A DNA stretch of 64,000 bases. Origin: Zootoca vivipara. Taxonomy: Eukaryota. The stretch's first letter is position 1. The number at the start of each line of letters is the position of its first letter. The stretch is from NCBI RefSeq assembly GCF_963506605.1, contig NC_083288.1:47926001-47990000 (forward strand), read 5' to 3'. Both the position numbers and the translations under genes were made by a program. The notes beneath the pieces are model-generated. The model was not told where the DNA came from and ran no database searches. It saw nothing but the letters and a program-made list of their open reading frames with translations. This document shows positions 21,030-33,617 of the stretch, one piece after another.

Positions 21030-21330
21030 GGGGGTTCTGCTAGTGACGTCACGAGAACCTTTCACCTATTCCCACCTTTTCTTTCTGCCCCTGAGGGCTC
21101 GATTTGCACGCGGCCAAAATAGGGCTTCCAACCGTCTCCCCCGCGCGCCCGGTAAAGCCAAAGTTCCGAGAGGAGGCGGAGCCACCTACTTGGGGCGCGC
21201 CTTAGAAACCGGAAGCCAATGAGGAGCGGCGAGAAGAAAAGGAAGGCGGGAGGTTGGTGTCAGAAAGGGCGGGACCTCGTCCGCTTATTTACAACCCGAT
21301 TGGTCTGTGTCTGCAAACCGCCTTCGTTGG
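21030..21330 (-). promoter_or_regulatory. HAUS4 CpG-rich promoter and non-coding first exon region
   Basis: CRE TGACGTCA 21044-21051, ETS CCGGAAG 21209-21215, CCAAT, GGCGGGA (E2F/GC-box-like); nearest CpG cluster upstream of the first coding exon. Confidence 0.7.
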
Positions 21331-23309
21331 GCGCTTTTAATATTCATTCTGAATCTTAAGGCCTTCACCCGCTGGGGCCGATGGGAGTTGTAGTCGTAAA
21401 CATCTGGAGGGGCTGGCGAGGAGTTTTATTTTAGTTAGTCTATTCTGTTGTGGTTTTAACATTCTGTAGATTATGGTTGTAGATTTCTTTAGTTATAATT
21501 TTATCGTTTTATCTTTTTTGTAAACCGCATTAAGGTATTTTCTACAATCAAGCAGTGTATAAATTTTATGAAATAAAAATTCCCAGCCAATGCTTTTGTT
21601 TTTGCACGACTCCCAATGTTCTTTCTCTGTGTCCCCAGCATCACAGATGCACCTCAAGACTTATTGGGGAGTGACACACCGACAACAGAACAAAGGGCTC
21701 CCTCTTTAATAGTTTACTTGCAAGGTGGGATTTTGTCAGGGCATCTGGTCATGTCACAGCACTGCAGAAGTGAAGAAAGCTACACTCAAAAGATTTCTCT
21801 CTCCTAATATTATCATTATTATTAATTTTATTAATCATTTTTAGGTCACACCAACTCAAAGCCACTTACAATATTTTAAGCAAAAACCAAATACCAACCT
21901 TTTCTAAATAAACCATATTAAAACATCCCCACTCGTGCAAAAAGGCCACAGATAGTTAAAAGCCAAAGGCCTGATTAAAAAGGAATGTTTTTGCGTAAAG
22001 ATATGCAACAATGGCACCAGGCCAGCTCTCCTTGGGGAGAGCATTCCTACAACTATTAAAGGTACAGGAGTCCTGTCTGCTCTTTTTGTACCCAGTCATC
22101 ACGGCAGGATATAGTGTTAGCCTTGAGACCAGGTGACTTAGTTCTTCCTCTGGCACAGACCGATTACCTGGGAAACTTTAGGAGAATCACTAGCTCAGCC
22201 TCAGCTTACCCTGTTTGTAAAATAGGTGTATTCTATTAATGGACCACACAAAAGATTTATAGCAAGCTTTTGTTTTTCCATGGTCGAGTGGGGTCCTTAT
22301 GGGCTCATGTGAACCACTATGAGATTCAGCTTGGTAAGGAATTTGTTACAAAACTGTACAGCACTGTGTACAGTACACTAGAAACTGCTTTTAAAAAGTG
22401 TGTATACATGTAGTAGCAGGTAGTGGGAGGAGTCCACTTTTCCCACTACCTTAAATTGGCCTTGTGAAACCAGCCCAAAACTCAGTTGTTTCAGTATTGT
22501 TGCCACCCATACGACTACCGTAGGTGATGGCCATGCCTAGCATCTGCTATTTGAACTGTCTCTGTCCTTGGTAGCTTCTTTTGATTGATAGGTTTTGCAA
22601 GACCTCTCTATAGATTTCAGTTTGTGTTCATCTGTGGAGCTGAGATTCTATCTGGACCAGGAAAACATAGCCAGGGGACAACCGTTAGCCCAGATCAATT
22701 AAAAAGGAGTTTTACAAGTGTGTTAGGTGCCTTAGGCATACCTACAGTAAAATTTTGCCTCTTGGTCCACCTACCCCTGTGCTCTAGGTGGCAGCGTATC
22801 TCCATTCCAATGTTCCTGGCAATGTTATTTCCCATCACTGGAACCTGATCTTAACTAGTGACCTATTGTCCCATTCATTCAATGCATTCTCTTATGGTCA
22901 GAATGGAGTTTCTTATTATTGCTCGTCACTGTAAATAGAGACAGATGGATTGTCATAGAAACCAAGATACAGGGTCATGGGTTACAGGGAACAGAGTGAG
23001 CATCAAGGAAAGGAATAGAGGGCTGCAGCAGGCATAATAATAACACTGCTTTTTTCTATATCAAACAAAGACTGATAACAGGTGTCTGCCCAGCCAGAGA
23101 GGAAAAGGACCATCCATCCTTTTGTACTATCTAAAAAAAGCCACTAGAGGACAGTGATGGCTCAATAAATATCCAGTTTATGCTTTTGATATAGTAGTAG
23201 GCATAAGAATGGTACCGTGGCCCTCTTTTGGGGGGCTGTTTTGTACCCCCAATGTCTCCACACCTGACAGCACCCTCTAAAATATGTTTCTCATAAGTCC
23301 ATCCATGTA

Positions 23310-23600
23310 CATAAGAACATGAGAAGAGCCTGTAGGCTCAGGCTAATGGGCCATTTAGTCCAGCATCCTGTTCTCACAGCAGCTAGCCAGGTGTCTGTGA
23401 GAAGCCCACAAACAGAATCCAAGCAGAAGAGCATTCCTCAAAAGCATTACTGACTCTAGCTGTGGAGGCAGAGCATAGCCATCATGGCTAGTAGAGCCAA
23501 CAACAGCCTCCTCCATGAATTTGTCCAATCCTCTTTTACAGCCAATATTAGTTGGTGGCCATCACTGCCTCCCGTGGGAGCGAGTTCCATAGTTTAATGA
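23310..23600 (-). mobile_element. CR1 LINE 3' fragment (older subfamily)
   Basis: cataagaacat tail plus tagtccagcatcctgttctcac; related copies near 17650, 44860 and 53690. Confidence 0.65.
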
Positions 23601-23702
23601 CAGGTCAGTGGTAAGACTGACGCATAGATAATTTGAAACAAATTCTATTAAAAACTTGAGCCAGGCAAGTCAACACGTACTTTTACTTAGTAAGAACAAT
23701 GA

Positions 23703-23840
23703 TGAGTCCCGTGGCACCTTAACACACTCATGGCGGCATAAACTTTTATGAACTAGAGTCCACTTCATCAGATGCATGAAGTGTTAATGACTCTTTACTG
23801 TTTTGGCTGCAACATTCTAGCACAGCCAATCCTCTGGAAA
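23703..23840 (-). mobile_element. Degenerate Penelope-like remnant with mutated hammerhead core
   Basis: Minus strand GCAU CUGAUGA A GUGGAC-UCUA-GUUCAU AAAA GUUU AUGC. Confidence 0.55.
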
Positions 23841-24377
23841 TTAATTAGTGTACATTTATGTGAATTAACATATGCAAATGTTTTTTTAAAAAAAACAAAA
23901 AGCCTGGTGTTTTACTACTGGTAAAAGCCAGAGATATTTTTTTTTCTCCTGTTGTAGGGGACCTGGAGTTTGACAATAGAGAGCTATTCCTGAAACCTAG
24001 CAAAGGGGAAGTTATCACAAGAATGCAATAATAAAAACCAGGAGTGTTGTTTCTTAGCTCTTCTTCACATTCCTACACAAGATTTTTACTCTTCCTGCAA
24101 ATAAGAGGGAGGAATAGGAACTTTGCGAGTAGGAGGGGGGTTTATGAAGGAATAAAATACACACCTGCCTAATGTTTACAGATACAGGTGAGAACAGTCA
24201 ACTTGATATCACTAAATGTTTCTAATGTAAAAGCATTGCTATCAATGAAGAGTCAGAGGCGCTCTAAGTGCTCTCGTAACTCTTGTAGTCCCAAAAGCAG
24301 TTTCACTAAGCAATGAGCAATCCCCATAATTTCAGAAAAGGTCTCAGACATTTTTCTGCGCTACTATTAACTCAATA

Positions 24378-24715
24378 GGGACGCGGGTGGCGCTGTGGGT
24401 TAAACCACAGAGCCTAGGGCTTGCCGATCAGGTTGGCGGTTTGAATCCCCACGACGGGGTGAGCTCCCGTTGCTCGGTTCCAGCTCCTGCTAACCTAGCA
24501 GTTCAAAAGCATGTCAGGCGCAAGTAGATAAATAGGTACCACATCCAGCGTTTCCATGTGCTGCTCTGGTTTACCAGAAGCGGCTTTGTCATGCTGGCCA
24601 CATGACCTGGAAGCTGTACGCCAGCTCCCTCGGCCAATAAAGCGAGATGAACGCCACAACCCCAGAGTCGGTCACGACTGGACCTAATGGTCAGGGGTAC
24701 CTTTACCTTTACTTT
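24378..24715 (+). mobile_element. Full-length Sauria SINE
   Basis: GGGACGCGGGTGGCGCTG head, (ACCTTT)n tail, TSD tattaactcaata (24365-24377, 24716-24728). Confidence 0.92.
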
Positions 24716-25176
24716 TATTAACTCAATAGTATAACAGAGTAGTTTTGCACTGTGAAAGGTTCTGCAAAGTTTCTGATCCACCCAGTCCACAATGTAGTTA
24801 GTTTTTACAAAAAAAATCCTATTTTTGTGAGCTTTTGAAGGCTCACAAAAGACTTACTTCTCTTTGCAACATTGTACTCTTCATGTTCACACCATCAACC
24901 TGTTGGATATATAGACCAAACAGCCACATATTTGTGAAGGGCTACATTTTCCAGTGGTGTCCCTCTCTATCCCCCATTTCTTCCCCATCATGACCTAGAA
25001 GTAATAGCTCCTTATGGAGCGAAGATGCATCTCAACCCACAAACGCATCCTGGCGCATGGCAGACAATTTGCTTCCCTCCTCCTCGGGAAGATACTGAGT
25101 TCAGCTGGTGGTGATCCTGTATTCTCTCATTGTCTTCCTTTTGGCTGCCATATTAAACACAATCAGCATTCTCAGG

Positions 25177-25578
25177 TCACTCATCCTTTTCCACTTTGAT
25201 CTCAACGAATGAGCTGAGGTCAGGACAAAAGCCTTTGTGGCTGGGCGGCCTAGGCGGTGTGCCCGCCCTGGCTCCTTCCTCTTGAAAATGGGGGTTGTAG
25301 AGGTGCAAAGGCAAAAGCTGAGCTTCAGCGGAGGGCAGGCGGTCAGAGGGCGACCCATAAACCCGGTTAGCTTTGGTGCCATGCTTTGAGTTGGCATCAA
25401 GTCGGTAGCAAAGCTGAGTGAGAGGGGTAGCGCGGAATCGTGGGGGGCGTGCCACCCACACACCTGGTTCACTTAGGCTGTCTTCCTCATCTGACATGAG
25501 CTCCTCTGTCACACCTTGCCACAAACGCTGCTCTTCAGGGCCCAGCAGACGCGCCACCCCTGAACGATTTGCAAAAAG
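25177..25578 (-). CDS. C14orf93: C14orf93 last coding exon
   Basis: 402 nt, LFANRSG...TEELMSDEEDSL...EIKVEKDE*. Confidence 0.93.
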   Translation of the reverse strand, partial: LFANRSGVARLLGPEEQRLWQGVTEELMSDEEDSLSEPGVWVARPPRFRATPLTQLCYRLDANSKHGTKANRVYGSPSDRLPSAEAQLLPLHLYNPHFQEEGARAGTPPRPPSHKGFCPDLSSFVEIKVEKDE

Positions 25579-28500
25579 CTAATGGTAAGACAAAATGAAG
25601 TCTAATTAGTCATTCTAAGAATATCATCTTTGCCTACGCCCCTGCAATTACTCACCCCATCTGTCCTCATTGGTCTGTCTTTCCCAAATGTCTCTCCCTG
25701 CCCCCAAACTCCTCTATCATACCTTATCATATCTCTGCCCCCATTTTGTCGTCCCCCCCCCAGTGTTGGAGGACTCCAAAACTCAGCTCTATCCGGGCCT
25801 GCCATATTGCAGGCCCCCACCACCTTACGAATTTGCTTGCTTGCTGCCCAGTGTCTTTTGAAAACTGGAGCCCGCTCTGTGGCATGTATCTGAAAATCAG
25901 AGCTTTCTTCTGCCCAGCATTTGACAAGCTAGGGATTGGGAGTCATCTCTGCAGCAGAAATAGAACACATGCTCCAAGGCCTGCAGTTTATAATGCAAAC
26001 ACCTCTTGGCAGCTGTGGGTTGATGGGCTCATTTGCCCCACCACCCGAGTGTCTGCTCCCCTGGGTGAAGGAAAGTCTCTTCTGCTACAGGGAGGTCTCA
26101 GAAGAGAGTGAAGCTTTACTCTGAGGCAGGCTTCATTTTTCTTTCTTTTTAAAGGAAGACTAGCACTGCTTTGATAAATGAGATTGGAAAACAAGTGGGA
26201 TGCAGACATAATGATCCAGTTCCCTGGTTTTGTCCTCTTGCTTTTTTTTGCCTTTTTCTTTTTTAGGCTGCTGTTTTAGAAGCACACACTTGCAAATAAG
26301 CCTTATTGAACTCAATGGGCCTTATGTCTGAGTAAATACACTTAGGAACGAACTGCTAGGTAGAAAGCTAATTAGAATGAATTGTAGCTTGTTTAACAAC
26401 TTAGATCAAGTAATTTATTTTTGACTGAGAGAATCCTCTCACCCTGCTAACAGACCAATCCTGTGCGTATTTATTCAGAAGTCATTTTTTTTCAATGGGA
26501 TTACCTTATGTATGTTCATGAGACTGCAGCCTTTAAAAATGACATTTCAGTTGCAATCCTAACCTATCCAGGATTACGCCCTATTGGAGTCAATAGGAAT
26601 TCTAAGCAGACATAGGATAGCACTGCTCATTAAGGATTTAACCAGTTAAATCACTTCTAAAACTTCAATAACATTTTGTAAACCGTCTCCAGTTACCTTT
26701 GGCAACTTTCCATAAAGCATAGGCATATTTAACTCAGATGTAAGTCTCACTGCAGTTCATAGGGCTTATTCTCAAGAAGTGTACATAAGATGACAGCCTT
26801 AAGGAGTAAGCTCCATTGAACACAGTGCCATTTACTTCTTAGTTAGGATCAGGTTATAAAAAAGGGAATGAAATGGTGTTGTCTGAGGAAATGTCGTTAC
26901 GGCTGGAATCCAAGAACAGTCAGAACTCAAATGTTATGAAAGTCACAGCTGAGGAGCAAACATGCACTTATTAATTAGGAAATCTGAGTTATTTAACACC
27001 TAAACTGCTTGATGAAACTAATGGAATGTATTTGCAGTAGTTTGAACATATATTTACTTCAGGTAATTTCAACATCACATAGTTCACTGAAGATATATAG
27101 CAGTTCCCACTACATGTAGCCTGTTCTAAGCTGCCTTATATAATCAGGGTTAGAAAGGACCACAAAGATCTATGAGTGGGGAACCTTTGGCCCTCCAGAG
27201 GTTGTTAAACTACAACTTCCACCATCCATGGCCATAGACTATGCTTTTTGGGGCTGATGGGAAGTTGTTGTTCAACATCTGAAGGGCCAAGTCCAATCCC
27301 CCTGCCAATGCAGGAAATTCTCTACAAAGAGTCCAACTTCTGAGGCAGGTCTGTTCCACTGTTAAGCAAACCATCCCATTCAACAACTGGAGTGTGCTGA
27401 GCAGAGATGAAATGGCCTAAGAGACCAGCCCTGCAATGAAAATTTGGAAGGAGTTGTGGTATGTTTAGCCTGGAGCAATGAGCATAAGAAGCCATTTTTA
27501 AATATTTGAAAGTCTGTCACATAGATGACAGAGCAAATTTCCAAGGAATAGGACAATACCTACAGTTCAAATTACAAGGAAGAGAATTCCAACTAAATAT
27601 TAAGAACTTTCTTAGTGCACCGAACTTATTCCTTCACCTGTCTTATACAGTGTTGCTTCTTTATGTTTCTAACCAGAATATAAATGTCATTTCCTACTCA
27701 ACTTCAGTGTGATTTCTGGAATTGATTGGATGCATTTGGGCTTAAATAAAAAAGGGGCAAAAAACTATTTTTGGTAGATAATGTAGCATTGAGATAATAC
27801 AGGAGAAATACTTCCTCGGAATAATGGATTGGTCCCTTACCCGGTAGCGCCTACTTCGTAGTTTCTTCTCCTCCTTCTCCTTGAGTCCTTTGAAGGGATT
27901 GAGAGAGTTGCGATACTCACGTCGTTTGGTTAGAAAGTAGGCCACACAAGCACCTAACAGAACAAAACGTGGGCAGAGCAATTGCAGGCATGAAAAGCAG
28001 GAACCGGGGCACACTTGAGTGACCAGAGGATATTTATGTCTGCGTGTCTGTGTATATGAACAGCCAGCATTTCAATGTCACCAGAAGGTAAAGACTTTTA
28101 TCTTTACCTGGGATTTTTGGCTCCTAAATTGAAGGGTGGCACTGTGGCCTCTTTTAGTGTGGTAGAGTTTGCAAATCCTGCCTTGTTTGTGCATAGCTGT
28201 GCTTTTACATTGTCATTGGATATTCTGAACTGCTTCCAACATAAGTCACTTTAGTCACTTTCTGAGAAAAGTGACTGACAAATATAACAGCAGCAGCAGC
28301 AGCAGCAGCAGCAGTAAGTTCCAGAGTGAACACCAAGAGAGATATTTATTTTCAGACCTGAAGTAAAATTTACCAGCAAAGTGTATAAGGATTACTCAAC
28401 AGGTAAAAATTTCCTAACAATAAAATCCAGACATGAAACAAGTGAAGTGTTTTTATTCACCCTCATCTTACCTTTTAGTTCTTTGTCAGTGTAATTGTGG

Positions 28501-30865
28501 TGATTTGATACCAATTCATGCTTCAGTTTCTCCAGCAAGAATTTCACTACAGAGATATTCCATGAAGATTTAATGCTGGGGTGGCGGGACAGAGAAAGAG
28601 AATGGAGAAACGTAAAGACTAGAACAAATCCATCCTCAAAACCCATGTTTTTAGCAATGCCTTCAGCACAACCTCCAAGTCCTCATACCATAATCTAACT
28701 AACCCTAAGCACATTATTCTCCCATCTTTACCGTGACTCTCTCCTTCTTCTCCTTCCTGTTGTCTCCCATGTGTTGCATTCTATATTACAAGCCCTTAAG
28801 GCAGAGACCTCTCCTCTTGTAGTTTATAAAGCATGTTGCAAACAGATGGCCCTATACAGTATAAGCATTAATAACCTGAAGGTTATTAAGGTGCCTTAAT
28901 AAGGGATAATAATCATAATGAAGGCTGACTATTCAGGATGTCAATATTAATTTCAGTAGGAACATGGGTTGCCAGATCAATAAAGGTGTTCTGTGCTTCT
29001 ATTAGCTATGCAGAAAAGACCAGCTTGATCCATACAACTTCCTTCTCCCACCACAACACAATGAGAAGAGAAGCCACACTTGTTGGTTATCTTTCATTAG
29101 CAGTTACTCTTCCTTATCTTATTTGACAATCCCACCCAGAGCTCACCTCTCAGAGCCATCAAACCTCTTGTCATTGGTGATGTGGTTGTGGACATTATGG
29201 ACCAGTTTCTGGGAGAGTAAACAGAAAGAGATAAGTGCCCCTCCACAGTAACTCTGCAAACCCCAAGCTATTAAAACAGAGCAGCATGCCCCAGAAAGTT
29301 AATTAAAATAAGATTTGCAGTGTCTAAGCTGCTGGGCCCATGCCAAGTTCCGTGTAAGACACAAACTCCAATATGTGGCAGCTATCTAAGGCAACTAACC
29401 GAGAGCACCAAGTCCCTCTTGCGCCTTGCATTCTTCTGTCCCATGCTTCGGTTTCTACAAGGAAGACTTGCAAAGCCCAAAGAGAAACGTGGCTCCCTGC
29501 ACATGTTGTCCTCCAAGGTGATGCTGTTGGGGGATACCTCTGGGCAAGAGAGGGAAGGATCATCCAGAGGCTGAGAAGAGGGGGAAGGTGGTGCGGCATA
29601 GACCCTTTGAATGGAGACATCTACTGTGGGTGATTCTTCTGCTGCCTGAGAACAAGAAAAAAAAACTTGTACAACTTAATATGATATCCTTCATTCCAAA
29701 CAGCAGCTACCCTTCCTATCGCAGCTGCTATTCCAATTCTACAGCTCTGGCTCAAATTGTGGGCCTTTAATTCATCTCTGCTCTACTATCCTTTAAAGTT
29801 CCTCCAAACCTTCTTTTGTGTGTTTTCACGCACGCACACAAAACGCATTGGCCTGCAAACACAAGTGTGTAATAGCCAAAACACATAGCTGAATTTTAAA
29901 GCCTCTTTTTATCTTTCACCAACAAAAGTTCACAGCTGGCTCAAGTGGTACGGAAGGCTCAAAGGCACTTCTCATAGCACCATATATATGAAAACATTCT
30001 AACACTAACCCACTAGAATGTCCGCCAACCAGTGTTGCCAATGCCCCTTAATCATCGCAAACAGCTCCAGCCTGACTCCCGTACCAGCTTTGGTATCACA
30101 TATACAAATACACATACACTTTTAGCTCTTGCCAGTGCCCCCCAACCCCAGGCCACAACAGCAGAGCAGAGCTTGGCATGGCTCCCAGAATGCATCTCTC
30201 CTGAGCAGGTCATTGGCAGAGGAGGCGAGAGATGCCATCAAATATTCATGAGCCCATCTGTGTCTGACCGGAGGGACATGGGGACTGTGTGTATTTTGTG
30301 AGGTGGGAGGGACAAAGCAACTCTTAATCTTCAGCCTACATACCCCGCCAAGCCCCCCAGGCCCCAGATGCACAGGCGAGAAACCCAAGTGTTCAGGTGG
30401 CCCTGCTGCCGCTCCCAGCTGCCGCAGCTCTTCAATGACCACCTGGACGCCACTTCTGAAGCCTTCGGCCTCTTGTTCCTCCTCATTCTGCTCTTCATTG
30501 TCCTCTTGCCGCTCCTCAGGACCACTCAAGGGGCTGGCTTTGAGGACAGGGGCCGTCCTTCGGCGCAGTGTCCCCATTTCCTCCTCCAGCCGCCTCAGGG
30601 CTTCATTATTGGCCTTGGCCAGGCTCAGCGCCACCTCAGCAAGGCCCACTGCCTTCTCTATACGTTGATAGATAACATGGAGCAGTTGCTCTGAAGACTG
30701 TACCGCTAGCCCAGTGCCTGTAACCGTGATCGGGGTGCTCGATGAAGATGGTGGCGGGGACGGCGTAGTCGCCTGAGCCCCCGGTTCCTGCTTGCAGGTA
30801 CAGCAGCAGCATTTTGCCTCTTTGGTGTTGGGAGGGGAGAACAAAATTGTGGCACTGAATGACAT
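25177..30865 (-). CDS. C14orf93: C14orf93 (RTFC) homolog; join of 30344-30865, 29400-29645, 29147-29208, 28472-28575, 27841-27953, 25177-25578 (1449 nt, 482 aa)
   Basis: MSFSATILFSPP...CCCC, AVQSSEQLLHVIYQR, RRKRDLVLSKLVHNVHNHITNDKRF, GACVAYFLTKRREYRNSLNPFKG and EIKVEKDE* match human C14orf93; splice phases compatible. The donor at 30344 is the least certain boundary. Confidence 0.93.
27841..27953 (-). CDS. C14orf93: C14orf93 coding exon 5
   Basis: 113 nt, ACVAYFLTKRREYRNSLNPFKGLKEKEEKKLRSRRYR. Confidence 0.93.
28288..28314 (+). repeat. (CAG)9 intronic microsatellite
   Basis: Directly visible. Confidence 0.9.
28472..28575 (-). CDS. C14orf93: C14orf93 coding exon 4
   Basis: 104 nt, IKSSWNISVVKFLLEKLKHELVSNHHNYTDKELK. 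Confidence 0.93.
29147..29208 (-). CDS. C14orf93: C14orf93 coding exon 3
   Basis: 62 nt, KLVHNVHNHITNDKRFDGSE. Confidence 0.92.
29400..29645 (-). CDS. C14orf93: C14orf93 coding exon 2
   Basis: 246 nt, AAEESPTVDVSIQRV...GQKNARRKRDLVLS. Confidence 0.88.
30344..30865 (-). CDS. C14orf93: C14orf93 coding exon 1
   Basis: 522 nt from the ATG, phase-0 donor GGG|GTATGT. Confidence 0.85.
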
Positions 30866-32079
30866 GACGATGCAGGTTTATGAGGGATTCTTGGTGTTCC
30901 CCAGCTAGTTCTCTTGGAGGAGGCAAGGCAAGCTTCGGATCTAGCCTTGAATGCTCTGCAGTGGAGGTATGCCCATAGCAATGCTCCGAAGGCTGGGTCT
31001 CAGCAAACAAGAGGAAAGATATTAAAGAAATATTTCCAAAAGTATGACTGGAGAGCAGACAGTCATGTTGTAGTACATCTGGACCTACCTGCTTCTGATC
31101 ACCTAAATTGCTTAGATTTAGGCTCTAACCTCTGTACACAGATCTGCTGTAGCCAAACCCAACAGGGCAGGCCATTTCATATTTGCATTCAGACACTGTT
31201 TGTCTAAATCTGTGGTTCGGAAACTACCCACTCCCTAACCCCTTGATGAATTGCAATGCCCTTTGCTAGATGCTGTATTTTTAACTGTATTTTCCTTTGT
31301 TCTTTTATTTCTTATATTTTATCAAGCTGAATTACAATTTGGATTCCATAATATTCAAATTATAATTCAATAAATATGAGAAATAAAAGAAGCAATTAAA
31401 ATACAATCCAAAATCATTATCTTTAAGACAGACATGCCACAGACCACCTGAATAAAGAAACTCAACAGACTATAAATCAGATTGTGAACTCCGATCTAAA
31501 TTTATGCTCAGTGCGATTAACATTAGGAGGGATTCAGCACTATCTTCCAGCCACACAGCTTGTCCATTTGGATCTATATTAACCCACAGCTGACCTCTTG
31601 TAAATCTTATTGCTTTTACAGTCTATATCTATTGATTATTTTGGCAGTCAAAAGTCCTGCAATGAACTCAAGAGCTGAACTAGCAGTTCAGGTTTTGGCT
31701 ACCTCTTTTCAATTTCTTTGTAGAAGCACTGAGACCCTGCCAAAAGAAGAAGAAAAAATGGGGGGGGGGCCTCTGCTTTGTTTCAGTAGTTCACACTGTG
31801 CAACGTTTGTTTTTTCCCCTCAGCAGTACAGTTTGCTTTTAACCAGCAGAGCATTCAGCTCTTGCAAAGCACTTGCAAACAGCCCTCGAAGAAGCAATGT
31901 TTTTGAATCTCCCGTAACTGGGGACGGAGGAGGGTTCCGAGTCTGAGGTGATAATGGAAAGTAAAGCGGAGGAGAAACTACCCATCCCCATTCTTAGGAA
32001 GCTGTTCCCCTTTTCCAATTTCAAATGCTCAAAAGTGGTTTTAAAGTTCATGCAAGCCATCTCTTTGCATATTTAAAAT

Positions 32080-32460
32080 TCGCAACCCCCAAGGCAGGAA
32101 ACGTGTCCGAGGCTTCTCGTTTGGTTCGGTGGCCCAACGGTTTAGAATCCCACGCTCCCCAGCATTCCATCCCGCGTGTGCAGCGCCCGGGGGGGGGGGG
32201 AGCGGCAGGAGAAGCAAGAGCGCCGCAGTCGTGTACGAACGGAACAGCCCTCCGTCCGCCCCGTCCGCTCTCCGATTGGCTATTGCGGAAGAGCAGGAGG
32301 GAGCCAATTGGTTGAAGACGGTGGCGCCTAGGCCCGGGGATAGGAGCGAAGGGCGGGGGAAAGGAACATGGACGGGGGAGAAGGGGGCTCTCTGAGGAGG
32401 TCCGCGAAGCTGGGTCCTTTTCAAGGCCGCCTTCCCCACACTGGGTGGCCGAGGGCTTTC
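32080..32460 (-). promoter_or_regulatory. C14orf93 CpG-island promoter
   Basis: CpG-rich, CCAAT boxes at about 32275 and 32304, GC boxes; 1.3 kb upstream of the ATG exon. Confidence 0.7.
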
Positions 32461-33126
32461 CTTTCCTAAAATCCAATATAAGGACATGTCAAACACCCAG
32501 TAATTACACACAAACGACAACAGCGTATAAAATAAATGATTTCCAAAAAAAAAAAAATGCCTTGACTGGAGTATCTTCCAAAATGGCTGACCAGGCCCAA
32601 GGTCATGTCAAGACTTGCGCCCCACTGGCAAAAGTCCTGGCACACAGGGGCACCAAGGCCTTGAAAAAGAAACCCACCACATTTAAATCTTCAGTTTCTA
32701 ATAATATTGTTTCTCCCTGGATTTATTGCTGGGTTTTGTTGCCCCCCTGCCCACCCAGTTACTGGGTATCTGATAAATATTTTCCCCCTAAGTCTTCCTC
32801 CCTCAGCTGGTATCCCTGACTAGCAAAGCTGTCTGTCCCCAATGGGCTTGTGTGTCACTGACAATTTTAAAATTTACGTCGCCAGTCTTTCCCTTTTTCC
32901 CTTCTTAATTTACCGGTACCCTTGCTTTCAAAGTGAAGGTTAATTTATTACTTGGGGGGGGGGTATTGACAGGCCTCACAGCGCCTGCTTCCCAAACACC
33001 TGACACAACCCTTCCACACAATATAGTATACAGATCCTCCCAATTTATTAGCTGCCATGTTCCCACTGCTATGTCAGGGCTAGCACACCCCCAGGGTCAT
33101 AAACACTTTGAGTACTCTTTTATTCC

Positions 33127-33617
33127 AGGGAAGACAGGCGAACTAATGCCAGTGTACTGGAAGAAGCAAAGATCAATAGTATCGAAGCAATGATTCTTCA
33201 ACATCAACTTCGTTGGACTGGTCTTGATGTTTGGGTGCCTGATTATCGTCTTCCAAAGCAACTACTCTATTCCGAACTTAAAAAGAGAAAGCGTAATGCT
33301 GGCAGGCAACAAAAGAGGTTTAAAGACTCTTGAGGCAAATTTATAAAAATGTAGTACAGTATAAACACCGACAACTGGGAGAGAACAGCCTTTACCAAAG
33401 GTGTCATGGGCTTTGAAGACACTCGAACTCAGGACGAAAGGGAGAAACGTGCTAAGAGGAAGGCATGCTTGGCAAATCCATACCATGATCTACTCCCACC
33501 CGGAAACAAACCTATGTCCCCACTGTGGAAGGATGTGCGGATCCAGAACTGGCCTCCACCATGTTAATGGTAGGCAATCTTACTCAGTTATGAGGGATCA
33601 CCAAAGAAGAAGAAGAA
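33127..33617 (+). mobile_element. RTE-clade LINE 3' fragment
   Basis: Homologous to 16668-17245 in opposite orientation; CPHCGRMCGSR motif; (GAA)n tail. Confidence 0.82.

Noticed and set aside
30122-30343. ORF-track extension of C14orf93 to 247 aa
   Set aside because: Similarity ends at the 30344 donor, which joins in frame to the next conserved exon; the rest reads as intron.
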